Below are positions 38,501 through 50,780 of a DNA stretch of 64,000 nt, piece by piece. Source of the DNA: Azolla caroliniana (Eukaryota > Plantae > Polypodiophyta). The stretch lies in the NCBI GenBank assembly GCA_043228905.1, contig JBHGNT010000001.1:9982001-10046000 (forward strand). The letters are read 5' to 3'. The notes beneath the pieces were generated by a model. It worked only from the letters and a program-made list of their open reading frames with translations, was not told the origin of the DNA and searched no databases. Every line of letters starts with the position of its first letter. The first letter of the stretch is position 1. Both the position numbers and the translations under genes were made by a program.

Positions 38501-39691
38501 ACACTTAAATACCTCATTTGTATGGCCTTCAAGGATACATAGGCATTCTCCATTTTCTGCATTCCATAATCGGCAACTATGATCCGAACTAACTGTTCCA
38601 ACCACATTGCGCTTGGATGGAGAAAATTTCACGGCATACAAACCATGCTCATGGCCTGAAAGCACTGATACTTCTTCCTCCGAATGAACATCATAGACTT
38701 TACAAAGGTTGTCCCAAGAAGCAGTTGCTACAAGATTTCCTGATGGATTGACAGCTATACCATGTACTGGACCCGAATGCATTGCAAAAGTATGAACTAA
38801 TTCCCATTTGTTTGATTGCAGCCTTTCTACTACTCTCTCGGGTGGTTTTGAAAATCCCCTTGTGGATGTTATTTCCCAACCCATATGACAAGGTTCTTGA
38901 AAATTACCTCGGAGCAAAGGAGATGAAGATTCTAAATCTCCATATCGACGATTTTCTCCCACAAGTCTCGGATCCCAATGATCGTTATGTTTGATGCTGT
39001 CAGTATCCATTCTCGTTGATTGCATGCTTTTTCTTCGAACTATAGGCCATGTGCTATTGCTTAAAACCTCTCTCAAGGCATTGTTCTCCTCCGACAATCT
39101 TTGAAGTTGGGTGAAAAGCTCTTGATTTTTCTTATCAAGGCAAGCAACTTGCATCTTCAATTTCGCTCTTTCAATCATCATTTGTTGCCATCTTTCGGCG
39201 ACTTTTCCCAATACAAACCTAACTTGCACATCTTCACAATCTCCGCTACGTTTAGGGCCAATTTCAGCCTCTCGTTCACCACCAACATTCCTCGTCATTG
39301 TTTCAAGATTTCCTAGAGAGCTCGCATTATCCGCCCTCATAGGAGTAGAAGAAGATAACATGGAGAAATCGCGTGAAAGGCTGTCAACCTCTTTTCCATC
39401 CCCAGATGTTTCATGCCCACACTCGGCAACCGTGAAATGCCCGCTCTCCAAGCCACCCACTGCATCAAAAGGGGAAGATTGCTGTAATCCCGCATCTTGG
39501 TCATATAACGGTATCAGAGATGAGATACCATCCACGCTATGTCTACAAACAGGGCAAGCTGTATCAGTTCGAAACCATGTGGAAGCACATGGTTGGCAGA
39601 ACACATGTCCGCATGGAGTTATTCGCGGATTCGCTCCTGAACCTCCCTGTGAGGAGGCATTCTCAAAACATATCTTGCATATCAATCCCAT
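35527..39691 (-). CDS. RING-HC + coiled-coil + 7xWD40 protein, putative E3 ubiquitin ligase, ~620 aa
   Basis: Exons 39691-38513, 37253-37143, 36823-36447 and 35722-35527 (1863 nt in frame). C3HC4 RING CKIC...PCGHVFCQPC...CPVC; heptad segment RWQQMMIERAKLKMQVACLDKKNQELFTQLQRLSEENNALRE; seven GH...WD-type repeats. Confidence 0.9.
35910..36320. repeat. Degenerate ~42-44 bp tandem array in the last intron of the RING-WD40 gene
   Basis: CCTAATTGGTTAAAG-like cores at 35927, 35969, 36013, 36056, 36135 and 36247. Confidence 0.7.
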
Positions 39692-39894
39692 AGGACTTAT
39701 TCAATGGAAACCCCAACTCGAACTCTAATTGTAGGCATTCATTCTTCTCTATGAAAACCTCAAGATATGACGGTGTTTATTCTTCTCCAAGTAATACCTT
39801 ACATGAAAGACCCATGTCACTGTTTCGGTGGAAACACTGATCCTAACCACTCCAATAGTTTCACTAACTGCTTTTTCTTCTGTGTTCAGCACAC

Positions 39895-39955
39895 TGATTA
39901 TGATGATGGTGATGATGATGGTGATGATGATGATGATGATGATGAAGACGATGGA
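39895..39955. repeat. (GAT)n / (CAT)n trinucleotide microsatellite upstream of the RING-WD40 ATG
   Basis: Read directly from the sequence. Confidence 0.9.
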
Positions 39956-42304
39956 TGCTTCAAAGAAAACCTGACATGAAAGACCATGGAAGCTCAAACA
40001 CGAACCCTATTTCTGCTGCGTTGAAATGCAGTCCTAATAGAGAGTGTCTATGGAGGGACAAATAAGGAAGGGGCTTCTTCACACACAACCACATGGCCTA
40101 CCTCATTTTGCCACTGTTCTGGTCCAGAAGACCATTTCATATAAAACCTACATTTTTGCTCGATTGGCCCAGAAAGACCATACCATGTAGATTGTCGCCA
40201 ACAAAATGGCTACCCTCTTGCCTCATCGCTTCCATACTTACTTTCGTCTTGTATATTTAGTGTATGTACGTACAGTCTTGCGCGTACAAATCATCACCTT
40301 ACACTTCGCCCCCTTCTTATACTCCCTTATAAAGCATTGTCTCTCATGTTCATATATTTCAGCTTTGTTTCCCTGGCCTCATTGACTTCAATTGTCTCGT
40401 TCCTTCTTCATCTGTGCATGCGTGCATCGATTGGTTGTTTATTGACAAAGCTTGTTGGCCGCTAGATATCGCTTCCTAAAGATATGTTCCTTTATATAAT
40501 GTCACAAAGTGTATCACTGCATTGTTTAATAAAGTTTTGGCCTTCGATGCAAGGAACTAGATAGTATGTATAGTAATCAGTCATTATCTAGTTCACGACG
40601 TTAGTTAAATCTACACTTATCCCGAGTTCCGTAGTTATAGGGCATAACCATAACTTATCCCATGGTAGTTTTTACCATAGTTTATATAGAAACTATCATG
40701 TTGTGGTAATCGAGAAGATTCATATTTTAACTCATTGTTCTTCTTTGCTATATGTAGTTGATATTGACCATTATGTGGGTGTGTTTGAACCTACGATGTT
40801 GAACTCGACAATGATTTACTTATACAAAAGCCTCATACAACACAAATGTTTCACTCAAAAAGTATAATTGTTTTAATCTTTTCAATTCTAAATAAATTTA
40901 CTATAATTTCACAGCATAGCACAAGTAACACTCTTTATTCTTTGGTCCACCTTGCATTTTTTACCTCATCTATCAATGTTTTTGCTATGTGTTTATCAAG
41001 TATAAGATTTTGCTTGAACTACTCCTTAAAAAGCTCCTTCATCAAAACCATTGTTTTGATGTTTCGTGGCATGTGCATACCATTGGACGCAACTTGAAAC
41101 TAATATCTATCTATATATGCACCTCATTCTTTGTATCAAGTATGGCATCAACCATATTACGAAGCAAACAATCATCCGTCAAGTTGTATTTTGATCATAT
41201 CTGAACAATTTTTTTGACATCCGATGGCTATCATCAGAACACATGTTCTTTATGAATGATTACAAATGCGTGATGATCACACAATCCTCATCTATCATCA
41301 AAACATATTACACTTGACTTTTCATTATTTTCATGAGCTTGCATAATAGTATGTTGTCTCATTTTCTTTACACTTGACCAGAAATATACCGTAATAGAAT
41401 GTCTTGCATGTGTTCCACATAGTGTTCCTAGTCTTTATTGCTTATTTTTGCATGCATCAATAACTGTGTTGATTAACAAATGGTGTATTATCCTCTCATG
41501 ATTACATATGTTAAGGTAGCCAGTTAATCATCTCTTAGAATTGCAATGGCCACTACATGGAACCCTTATATGCACATCTTCCATAACATAAACTGTGTTT
41601 ACTTCTAAAGAACCAAATCGTGAGACATAGCTCTTCCAAAAGACCTAAGTTTGGCTGTGTACATATTTGTCTTCATGGCAACATGTTTATCCCATTTAAA
41701 GGATTTCATCACCACATTAAGATCCTCATCTAGCCATCCTTGATGGGATAATATCCTATCTTATTGTATATGGAATGGCAACTTTCCCTGAAATTTTGCA
41801 CCATCTAGTAGAAAATGCATGTTTTTAAATTGAAGGTACCTCACCTTAAAAGTTTGGTGTGCTACAATATCAACCAAATAATGCCTCACTAAACTTCCAC
41901 TCAATATACCTATCCAAATGATGTAACGATTGACAATCCAATTTCGAACCCTACCACAAAGCACATAGATCTGTTCACAAACTCAATAGGTCATTCATAA
42001 TAAGTAACATGGAGGCTAATAAAACGTATATGCACATTAGCTAAATATGTGACATGAAGTAACCTCGCAGTAAGAAAAGGCCATCAAATATACAAGTTTA
42101 CGAGGGATTTGAATCACAACACGTTAAGGGATCTACAAGGTCTAACAAGCTGCTTAATAAATGAATAAATAAATCAATAATTAAAAAAGTTCTAAACAAA
42201 TTGTCCTCTAGACATTTCTAGAAATTGGGATTGACAAAGACGAGCCATTAATCCCAAGCCTATATCACATACAAAAAAATATAACCATTGTCAACGAGGC
42301 ACAT

Positions 42305-45300
42305 TCAAGCTAGTACAAGTTGCTTTTCTCTCCATTGATCTCTTGTGTCAGCTGAGCCATCCCTGGCATCATGAAGAATAAGAAGCTCAAGTGTACCTGC
42401 TTCTAGAAGCCACTCCCCAACAACATGGCCAGTGGAGATAAGTCTTCCTTCATTGTATTTGGCAACTTGAAAAGGTGCCCCAATGGCAAGAAGATGAGAT
42501 TCCACAGCTTTCTTTACAATGCTTTCACCAGCTACTTTACTATGCCGGCCCCATCCAGTCAATATACTGCCCAATAATGTCGTGATTTTAATCAGAAACT
42601 TTTTAAGTCATGGAATAGACATATTGAAATTTTAACAGAGCATAAGTCATTTTATTTTAGTAACTTTGTTTCAAAACTTCAAAACCTCTTAAAAACTAAA
42701 TTTCACAAGTTTATTCTCTCAAAAGCAGCAAAATTTGTCAGTTGTCAGATTCTAATGAGAATGAAAGATTTCTTAACAGCATTAACCAATCAGGATCCTC
42801 TCTTTTGACAGCAAAAAGTCGTTTCTTTCTTACACTAATATTATGGCATGTGAGACGGGAATTTAGAACTTACTATAAGTTTAAAACATATAGCATTATT
42901 CTTGTGTAATGCAATTAAATCTTATCAGGACTTGGCTTTAACATCATGATAGTGGCAAAAGAAAAAAAAACAGAATTAATGTTTCAAAGTTCAGGTAGCA
43001 GAACAATAATGTGATTTATCTTAGCAGAGCATGGCCCTAGTATCATGATACAGAAAGAAAAACAAATTTAGTACCTCAAAAGTTTAGGTAGTTCTCGGCC
43101 CTCAAAGATGACGGATCGGATATTGAGAAGCCATGCATGTAGCATGGCCTGTGCAGCCCCAACCGACATCAAGTGGAGATCAAGACATGTCCTTTGCCAT
43201 GCATGTGCCCACACACTTCTCCGTAGAGCCTCCATGACCACTTTTTGGGCACCTTCTCTCTGGAGAAAGCATTTCATGTCTATATTTTTAGGATCTTACT
43301 TAACCCATAAGTACAGAAAAATAATCATCTTGGGAAATTTACAAAAAACATGCTCCTAATTCTTGTAACTTAAAAAGAAAGTATGCTTCATTTTTCTCTC
43401 AAAATCATACATATATGCTTGATTCAACAAGCGATTCTGTTACCTCAAGAGAAAATGGTAGGAAGTTAGATTAAAAACACATTTTGCTTTTTTGACAAGT
43501 TAATATAAACTGTTGTAAACTTAGTTACATCTTATACCCCAAAATGGTCTTTCGAAGACATTAATACATTTTCTTGTCTCATCTTTCTCTGTCTCTCTTT
43601 CTTTCTATCTCCACACTCTCATTAGTAAGTGAATACTAAGGCTGAAGTAGACACAAGATATGAATATTAAGGCTGAAGGATTTTCCCTATATGTACTTAA
43701 CGCCATCATATTTACACATACCTGACCAAAATGCCATAAGACATCCGCAAGAGCATTGTAGAATGCAGCAGCTGTGGAGTGATCCATCCGTGCCACTTCA
43801 TCAAACAGCACACCGGCAAGTCCCCACACTTGTTTTCTGGACCCAAGTAATAACCCATGGGCTACTCCATACACTTTGTTATCAAACTTTCGTAGCTCCT
43901 CTAGAAGGGATGCAGCTTCCATGAATGAGGCACAGCGACTGCAAATTTCCCCAATTTGAATTTGAGTTTGTATCTTAAATCATCATTCATTGGCAACCAA
44001 AAACATATTTTCTAGGTTCCAAATTTTGAATGCATATGGAGTCCAACATTCAGAAACTTCGATTTTATTTTAGGAGTACTGCACAGTACGTTTAAATCAT
44101 GATTCATTTACAAAATAAAAATCATTATACGCCACTGAACACTATTTTGTTTTGTCCCAAATTTTGCTTGGAGTCCATATTCGTAAGCTTTCATTTTAAA
44201 ATTATAACTGCATACAAAATATGCATAGATTAGGAACCATTTGCTAAACACAAACTGGTCCACTTTAATCATTTGCAAAATAAAATACCTCTAAAGGCAC
44301 TCAAAACATTTTTTCAAAATGAAGGGCTAACAATACGCATCCTATGTGATGCTAGACCCTGACAATGGATAGACCAGAAAAACCTCTTTTGGGACTGTGT
44401 TGAAAACCAAGATGGCTTTTCGTTTTCCAATATCTTTTCTCTCATCATAAGAATCTTCGGAGTCTATACACCTAGAGTAATCATGTTTCCTCAAGTAATG
44501 TGGATCACCAAAAGAGTTTTTAAAATTTCTTCATTGTTTTTTGAAAATGTCTAAAATTAAATAAAAAAACTTGATTTTTGCTCTAAAAATGATAGCTGTG
44601 CACTTTAAAAATTAAGTACTTAGAAAATTATCCAAAGCGGGTTTAAGGTTTCATGGAGGATACCTGCAAGCATGTAAAATGGCTGAAAAGGTGACCACAT
44701 TTGGTTTCACACCCAACTTCCACATCTCTTGGAACACTCTAACAGCTGCAAGGATGTCTCTGTGAGTTCTCCCCGTGGGAATTCGGTCACTAAGCACCGA
44801 ATCATTTCCAGCGGCCTCTTCTTCCTCCTCCTCCTTCAAGCTCAATCCAGAGAGGTTGCAAAAATTGACATTCTCTTCTCTACTAGGATTGGACAACTTT
44901 GTACACATGGTATCAGAAGAGACTGCCGAAGTGTTTCCGCCATCCAATTGAGTCTATGAGAAAAGGGAAAGGGTAGAATTTAAGTTCAATATTACTTAAT
45001 AATCTAGTAAAGACAAACAATTATGAAACTAGGGAGATCTTTTACCTGTCGGTTCCGGCCGTATGCATCAATAATAGAATTGAAGGTCACCACATTAGGG
45101 CGAATTCCCTCTCTAATCATCTCCTTGAGAAGATTAGTAGCATCATCAACAAGTCCGGTTTTACATAGCGCATCAATAAGCGAGCTATAAAGCACAACAT
45201 CGGGCTTCATCCCAGCTTCCTTGAACTCCTTAAAAACGTCTAGAGCTTCTTTATGAAAGCCCCCTTTTGAATATGCATCCATCAATGTGGAATAGGTTAA

Positions 45301-46794
45301 AACACTTGGAACTATACCTTTGGCCTTCATTTTCTTGAACAAATCCAAGGCCTCATCAAATTGACCTTGCTTACCATAAGCATCAAGAAGGGCGTTGTAT
45401 GTAACCGCATCTTTTTTCCACCCGGCCTTCTCCATTTGGCCACATACAAACAAAGCATCTTCGAATTTACCAAGCTTAGCATAAATGTAAACAAGAGTGT
45501 TGTAAGAGACACGATCGGGAACAATATTTGCATCTTTCATTTCCTCATACACAGCAATGGCTTCTGAGAAACGACCTGATTTACCATACCCATCAAGAAG
45601 AGTACTATAAGTGACCACATTTGGCTTAACTGAATTCTGATGCATCCTTGAAACAATTTCAGCGGCATGGTCCATTTTACCCGCCTTGCACACGGCATCC
45701 ACAACGGTATTATATGTGAAAATATCTTGATCTATACCTCGTCTTTGCATCTCCTCAAACGTTCTTTGAGCTTCTTCCCATAGATTACCTCGACTACACA
45801 CCGCAATCAATGAATTGAAAGTAATCCGATCAGGCTCAACGCCTTCTCTCTCCATCTCCTCGAAGAATTTGAGAGCTTTCTCATATTCAACCCCACCTTT
45901 CCCACATGCGTCAATCACCGCATTATATGTGATGAGGTTAGGTTTGCACCCACACCTTTTCATAGCTTCAAAGACCTCTAATGCTTTGTTGCATCGGCCA
46001 CTACGGCCATAAGCGCTAACAAGAGCTGAATAGGCATAAACACTTCGACCAAAACCAGCAGAAACAGCCTTCTCAAATATCTCTTGTGCAAGGTTGACTT
46101 GACCTAGTCGTCCAAGGGCACTAATGGAAATACTAAGAAGTTTGGACCATTCATTTTTTAGGGTTTCTTGCGTAAGGGTCCATTCATAAGCGGCGGCAAC
46201 TTTCGAGGCCTCACCAGCATTACCAAGCTCTCTTAGGAGGTAAACCGAATCCTCGTGGAGGTAAAGCTTGGGAGTCCACATATCAAGCACATGTGAGACA
46301 TCGTGTGCACGGAGAACTTCTTGCAGGGCTAGCTTTGCGCCAGCGCTATGCTTCCCATTGTGTAGCTTGGGGCGTCCAAAGTGTAGTTTCGACACCTGGC
46401 GAGTCGAGCGGTGCCCACAGAAGTCATTGGACAAGTGGCCAATTGAGAGGGCACCAGCTGAGGCTCGCACATCACCGCGGTCATTGGACAGGTGCCGGCC
46501 TGACAGTAGGGGGGCACCGCCAGGCGGCCGGACATCTCCGCCTACTTTCACGCGGCGATGGTGGGGACCCCAAGGATCAGACGAGGAATCGAGCTTCGAG
46601 ACCAATCCATGCTGCCCTTTCCTACAGGAGGAGGAGGAGGAGGAAGAGGAAGAGGAAGAAGGGGAAGAGGAAGGTCCAGCACTAGAGGTGCCCTTTACGC
46701 TGGCAGAGAAGGGGCTATGGTTTGAGGCAGTGGTTGCAACGGTGACAGAGGTTGTGGCTGCGGCTTCTGCTGAGAGGAAGGCTTGGCTAGCCAT
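42305..46794 (-). CDS. GUN1: Chloroplast PPR-SMR protein GENOMES UNCOUPLED 1, ~900 aa
   Basis: Exons 46794-45046, 44953-44664, 43938-43722, 43259-43075 and 42566-42305 (2703 nt). GUN1-diagnostic [23 protein letters not shown], a P-class PPR tract ([42 protein letters not shown]), [17 protein letters not shown], and the SMR domain [21 protein letters not shown]...[14 protein letters not shown]. An in-frame ATG at 46851 is an alternative start. Confidence 0.95.
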
Positions 46795-49700
46795 GGGGAG
46801 GGGAAGGGGAAGGGGAAGGGGGAAATGAATGCTAAGAGGGGAACAGGGCATCCATCATCCACAATTAGAACTAGAAGCCATGAGAAAGAGAGACAGATGA
46901 GAGAAGAAAGAGAGGCCTTTCTTTCCTCTCCACTCACTGCTGGTTGAAGAGGAGAGGGGTAGGATTACATGGAAGAAATCTTCTGGTCACCAACAAAAAG
47001 ACATCAAAAGAAAAGCAAATCCTTTCTCTCCCCTGTTCTGCTCTGTTCTCTTCTTCCTTTTTTTGCTTGGTATTATTATGTGTGGAATTTTGACCCTCTT
47101 CATCATCTCACATATCATGATGTCTCATCCATCAATTTCTATAATGGATAGAGATATAGCTCTATCATATGTATGTGTGTGTATCATCCATCCATTCATT
47201 ACCTCTCATGTACATACATACATACACATTTGAGAGCATCGAGCACCCCTCTGTTCGCCACTCTCAAGACCAAAAAAAAACGAAGGGTGGTCATTTTGCG
47301 TCCATCTGTATCACCCCTAGATGGCTCCACGCAACTCGTCACATTTCGTTTAAGTGCTGCAAGTTCCTCCAGACTACTTATTTGTGCATATGGAATCGAA
47401 TGCCTCTCTAAACACACGGCAAACCCTCGTTGTGTGTGTATGTGCGCGCGTGTGTGTTTTTCCACTCGATTGTTGCCTTGCTCTTTGTTGATAGAAAGGG
47501 ATACATAGTATTGTGCCTTCCAAAGCTTGGAGGCTTCTTACGGTACGTAATTAGTTGAAATTGTTATTTTTGGTGGGTCTTTATCACCCCCACCCCCCCA
47601 TACGGATCAATGACATATCTATGTTGCTTATTCCTAGTCGCGCAAGTGATCCCCCTGAAGATTATGTCATAACTTAGAAGGAAAAAAAGTGTCAAGGGGT
47701 TGATCAAAATATTAGGAAAGGCCCCAAAAGTGCAATTGTCTTTCTTTGATATTTAAACTTCGGTTATCATAAGTCTATGGATGGGATACCAACAACCACG
47801 TTTCACAATTAGGAGCTTCCGCAATTATTTGAATATTATCTCTTGCATGACTAAACATTTGGATAAAAAATTTTGAGGTCATAGAAATTGGGCCTCGTTA
47901 ACGTGGATGAGGACTACAATCAAGTGTTGGTCCTACATCCCACATTGGTCATTGTGATAAGCATTTATTTTCTCATTACTAGAATGAAAATATAGATGAA
48001 ACCATTTTCATGATCTTAATTCTAAGTTTTCGGCATATCAAAAATTAGGTGAATAATTTGTAATCCTTCCATAAATTGGTGATGCTTTTATCTTCTAAAT
48101 CAATTAATGAGAATTTGTCAATATATCATGCATTTGTGTGAGTGTATGAAATGTTCTGTTTCGACTCTTTTTTGGATTTATTTGCTAGGTTTTCCTTGTT
48201 ACTCTCCTCGTGGAACCTTGACAAATTAGTGTTTTGATGGGTTCCCAAGCTCCCTAAGACATCAAACTAGGAATGAGATTCGGGCCAAATTAGAGTAATT
48301 CAATTTTGAAAACTCTAATAGCTTCTAGAAATCAAATGGCAATAAATAGGCCTCGTTGAACTAGACTAGGCAACATTTGCTACAATGTTTGAAGCAACTT
48401 CTTGTTGAGCAAGAGTAATCTCATTAGCCAATTTTAGTGGACACACTTGGGCAAGGTTGTTAAGATTCTCAATTGTCATGATTGTAAACGACATACTCGA
48501 GATAGTCAATAGGTTTTGCACTACTTCGATATGAAAAGTTTGTTGTAGAAAGTAGTGTTTTAAAATGTCAACAAAGATAACCCAAGTTTTCGGTAGTTTA
48601 TTCCCAATAATAAGAACATACAACAATGTGGCAAGCTTCCCGCCTAACTCACAAAGCAAAGTGAGGGGGTGTTGCTAGGATCTCATGATTTTACCCCATG
48701 TCCTTGTATGAGTTTGCCACTATCACTACACGAAATGAACCTAAGTTGTATATCAAAGTATCCTTCAATGTGATGAGACTCCAATCCAGTTACAGCTCAT
48801 GATTGTTGAAGTGTCTCCTACCAGTGATCAGAACAGCACATGCCGGACAAAGACAAATGGAGCAGATTACCCATATCATTGTTATTGGGAACAAGGAACA
48901 AAACAACGTCTCAATATGATAATACAACCCTTAGGAATATAATGATGAAGTCCATCCAAGAGGAACAATTCATCTTAGAAAGCGGCGAAGTGTGGAAAAT
49001 GCATTGGCTTCATGATGATGATAACCACTTTGTTGGGATTAAATCTCGAAATGAGGTTCACGTGAACAAAGAGCACTCTTAATAGCCATATTGAATGGAC
49101 ATGCTCGAGCAAGGTCATAAGTGTCATGTAAAAAACTATTTAGAACAATCTTTAGGTCTCCCATTGTTTCCATATGAGAAGGTTGTTATAGAAATGTTAA
49201 TGAAGTTATCCCAAGTTTTCGATAGTTTCTACCTAGTATGCCTGACAAAGCAACTTTGTGGCAACCTTCCAACCTAACTCACGATGGTAATACACAATTT
49301 TTGTACCATCAAGTTTGGAATAGAGTCCAAAATGAGATACATAACAAATGATCCAATTGTAGTTTGCTTGTTTGATATTTTACTACTTTCTTGCTTCTCT
49401 CCTTGAAATGTCCTCACCACAAAAGGAGGTTCACCATTTTGGTCATCCTTTGACATGAAAGTTGTTTGCATATGGGCAACGTGGTATATGAGATTGTTGT
49501 GAGACTTTTGGAGTTTCAAAAGCTTGTTCAAATACATGTTCATAAAGTCTTGCAACTGATGCAAACATAGATCAGTGAAGGCATTAGATGAGGTACGGAG
49601 TCATTTCAACTCTTCTTGACAAATGGGAAATGTTTGTGGCAATTGTAAATAAGTTATTTGAAATAACTTCGACAAACCAATTTTGAAATGTTTATAAGTT

Positions 49701-50489
49701 AGCGTTCAAATAACTAATGCATATGTTGATATAAATCGAGTTCTCCCAACATGGTCAACAAAACTCATACCCTGGGAGTCTTGCAATTACAAGGGTCACT
49801 ATTGAATCCTTCTGGACCACCTTCCTTTGAATGGGCTAATCGAAGGATGAGGGGACATTGCTCCCCAATGGTAAAGACCACATCATACCTTAACACATAA
49901 AATCACTTCTATATCCACTCCATGTACTCGTGTAATCCTCAAAAGTTTCTAAACACAATCTAAATTTAATCCATTAATTAGGATATATATTGGAAGTAAT
50001 CAAATAGATCATTATTGCATACGAAACATACGAGGTGCCTTAATTAAGTAGAAAACTACTAAGTAAAACAACATACGCATCTTGATTATTTAGTGTGGAA
50101 AAGCCACATGTAGGGAAGTGGCTCTTAGTGGATACAAATGGGAGAGAATGATGACCACAAGGTAGCCCAAAAGTGGGGCACCCAAAGGCCCCTTTTACAT
50201 AAGAGTTATTTGCCCTTTTTTTATACAAGCTCGAAACCTTAAGGTGTCCCTTTCACATTTCATGCCTATTAGCTATTCTTATCTTATAAAGGGTAGTTTC
50301 CCATAGATTACAATATTACCATGTTTTTTACATACAACTAAGCCCATAAGTTTGTTACAACTAAATAATATGAATTTCCCTTGACATATATATTACCTAT
50401 GGTTTGGGGGTCATTTGTGCTAACAATGATAGGGCTAGGGAGAGTCGCCATTAGGTTATTTAAATGTGAGTTTGATGAAGCCATTTATA

Positions 50490-50780
50490 TGATAGGAGAA
50501 ATTATCATTACATGTGTAAGGTGAGTTACAATTGGGGATTACAGGTGAATCATCATTACATGTTGAAGGCGAGTTAGTTGTTAGTGTTGGAGGTGAATCA
50601 ACCTCATGTGTTAGGAACGTGTTGGATTTAGGTGTTAGACACAAGTTGGCTTAGGTGTTACAGGTGAGTTGACCTCACGTGTTAAGGGCAAGTCGACCTT
50701 ATGTTATAGAAGTAAATTAGTCTATTATATTACAAGCAATTCAAACCTTCTAGGCTATGGGCAAGTCAACCTTCAATGGT
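50490..50780. repeat. Degenerate ~24-bp minisatellite within intergenic TE-like debris
   Basis: Recurring GTTA(C/A)AGG(T/C)(G/A)AGT..ACCT units. Confidence 0.45.

Noticed and set aside
35527-39691. Calling this gene COP1
   Set aside because: The domain order matches, but the RING and WD40 sequences and the exon count do not match COP1 as I know it.
46268-46828. Antisense ORFs over GUN1 exon 1, and similar ones over the SPOC, RING-WD40 and MATH exons
   Set aside because: They are shadow ORFs of real coding sequence, with no independent motifs.
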